Notes under the pieces: generated by a model | Databases searched by the model: none | What the model was told of the DNA's origin: nothing | Seen by the model: the letters and a program-made list of their open reading frames with translations, nothing else | Origin: Octopus bimaculoides | Lineage: Eukaryota | Direction of reading: 5' to 3' | NCBI RefSeq assembly: GCF_001194135.2 | Contig: NC_068988.1 | Location: forward strand, 22,337,815 to 22,372,338 | DNA: 34,524 nucleotides | Shown here: positions 34,421 through 34,524 of the stretch, piece by piece | Position numbering within the stretch: the stretch's first letter is position 1 | How the letters are laid out: each line of letters starts with the position of its first letter | Translations under genes and position numbers: made by a program

Positions 34421-34524
34421 CCTCCTCTCCTTCTTCCTCCTCTCCTTCTTCCTCCTCTCCTTCTTCCTCCTCTCCTTCTTCCTCCTCTCCTTCTTCCTCC
34501 TCTCCTTCTTCCTCCTCTCCTTCT
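34421..34524. repeat. 15-bp pyrimidine minisatellite (CCTCCTCTCCTTCTT) x7, running off the window
   Basis: Seven consecutive perfect units, the last cut by the window end. Confidence 0.97.

Noticed and set aside
1-34524. CRISPR array, rRNA, operon or other prokaryotic system
   Set aside because: No regularly spaced repeat-spacer units or gene-dense regions; composition and repeats are those of a large animal genome.

Overview
AT-rich, microsatellite-dense, non-coding eukaryotic DNA (intronic or intergenic) from a gappy short-read scaffold with seven N-runs. The repeat families resemble, from memory rather than a database search, the abundant tRNA-derived SINEs of Octopus. I recognise no intact protein-coding gene, tRNA, rRNA or CRISPR array; nearly all ORFs in the track come from microsatellites, N-runs or SINE sequence. 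Supported content: about 17-19 copies or fragments of one ~200-bp SINE (SINE-A, three alternative 3' tails, three copies with visible target-site duplications), one complete tRNA-headed SINE with an (AAC)n tail (SINE-B), six copies or fragments of a SINE with an internal microsatellite (SINE-C), and two decayed R4/Dong-like non-LTR retrotransposon RT fragments in inverted orientation (~12850-13845). The most unusual features are that inverted LINE pair with a direct repeat and perfect 18-bp hairpin at its junction, a SINE-C fold-back centred on (TA)n, a hairpin module shared by SINE-A and SINE-C, and a tandem pair of identically deleted SINE-A copies. I found no convincing new biological system; these are TE-architecture observations plus a few weak exon candidates.
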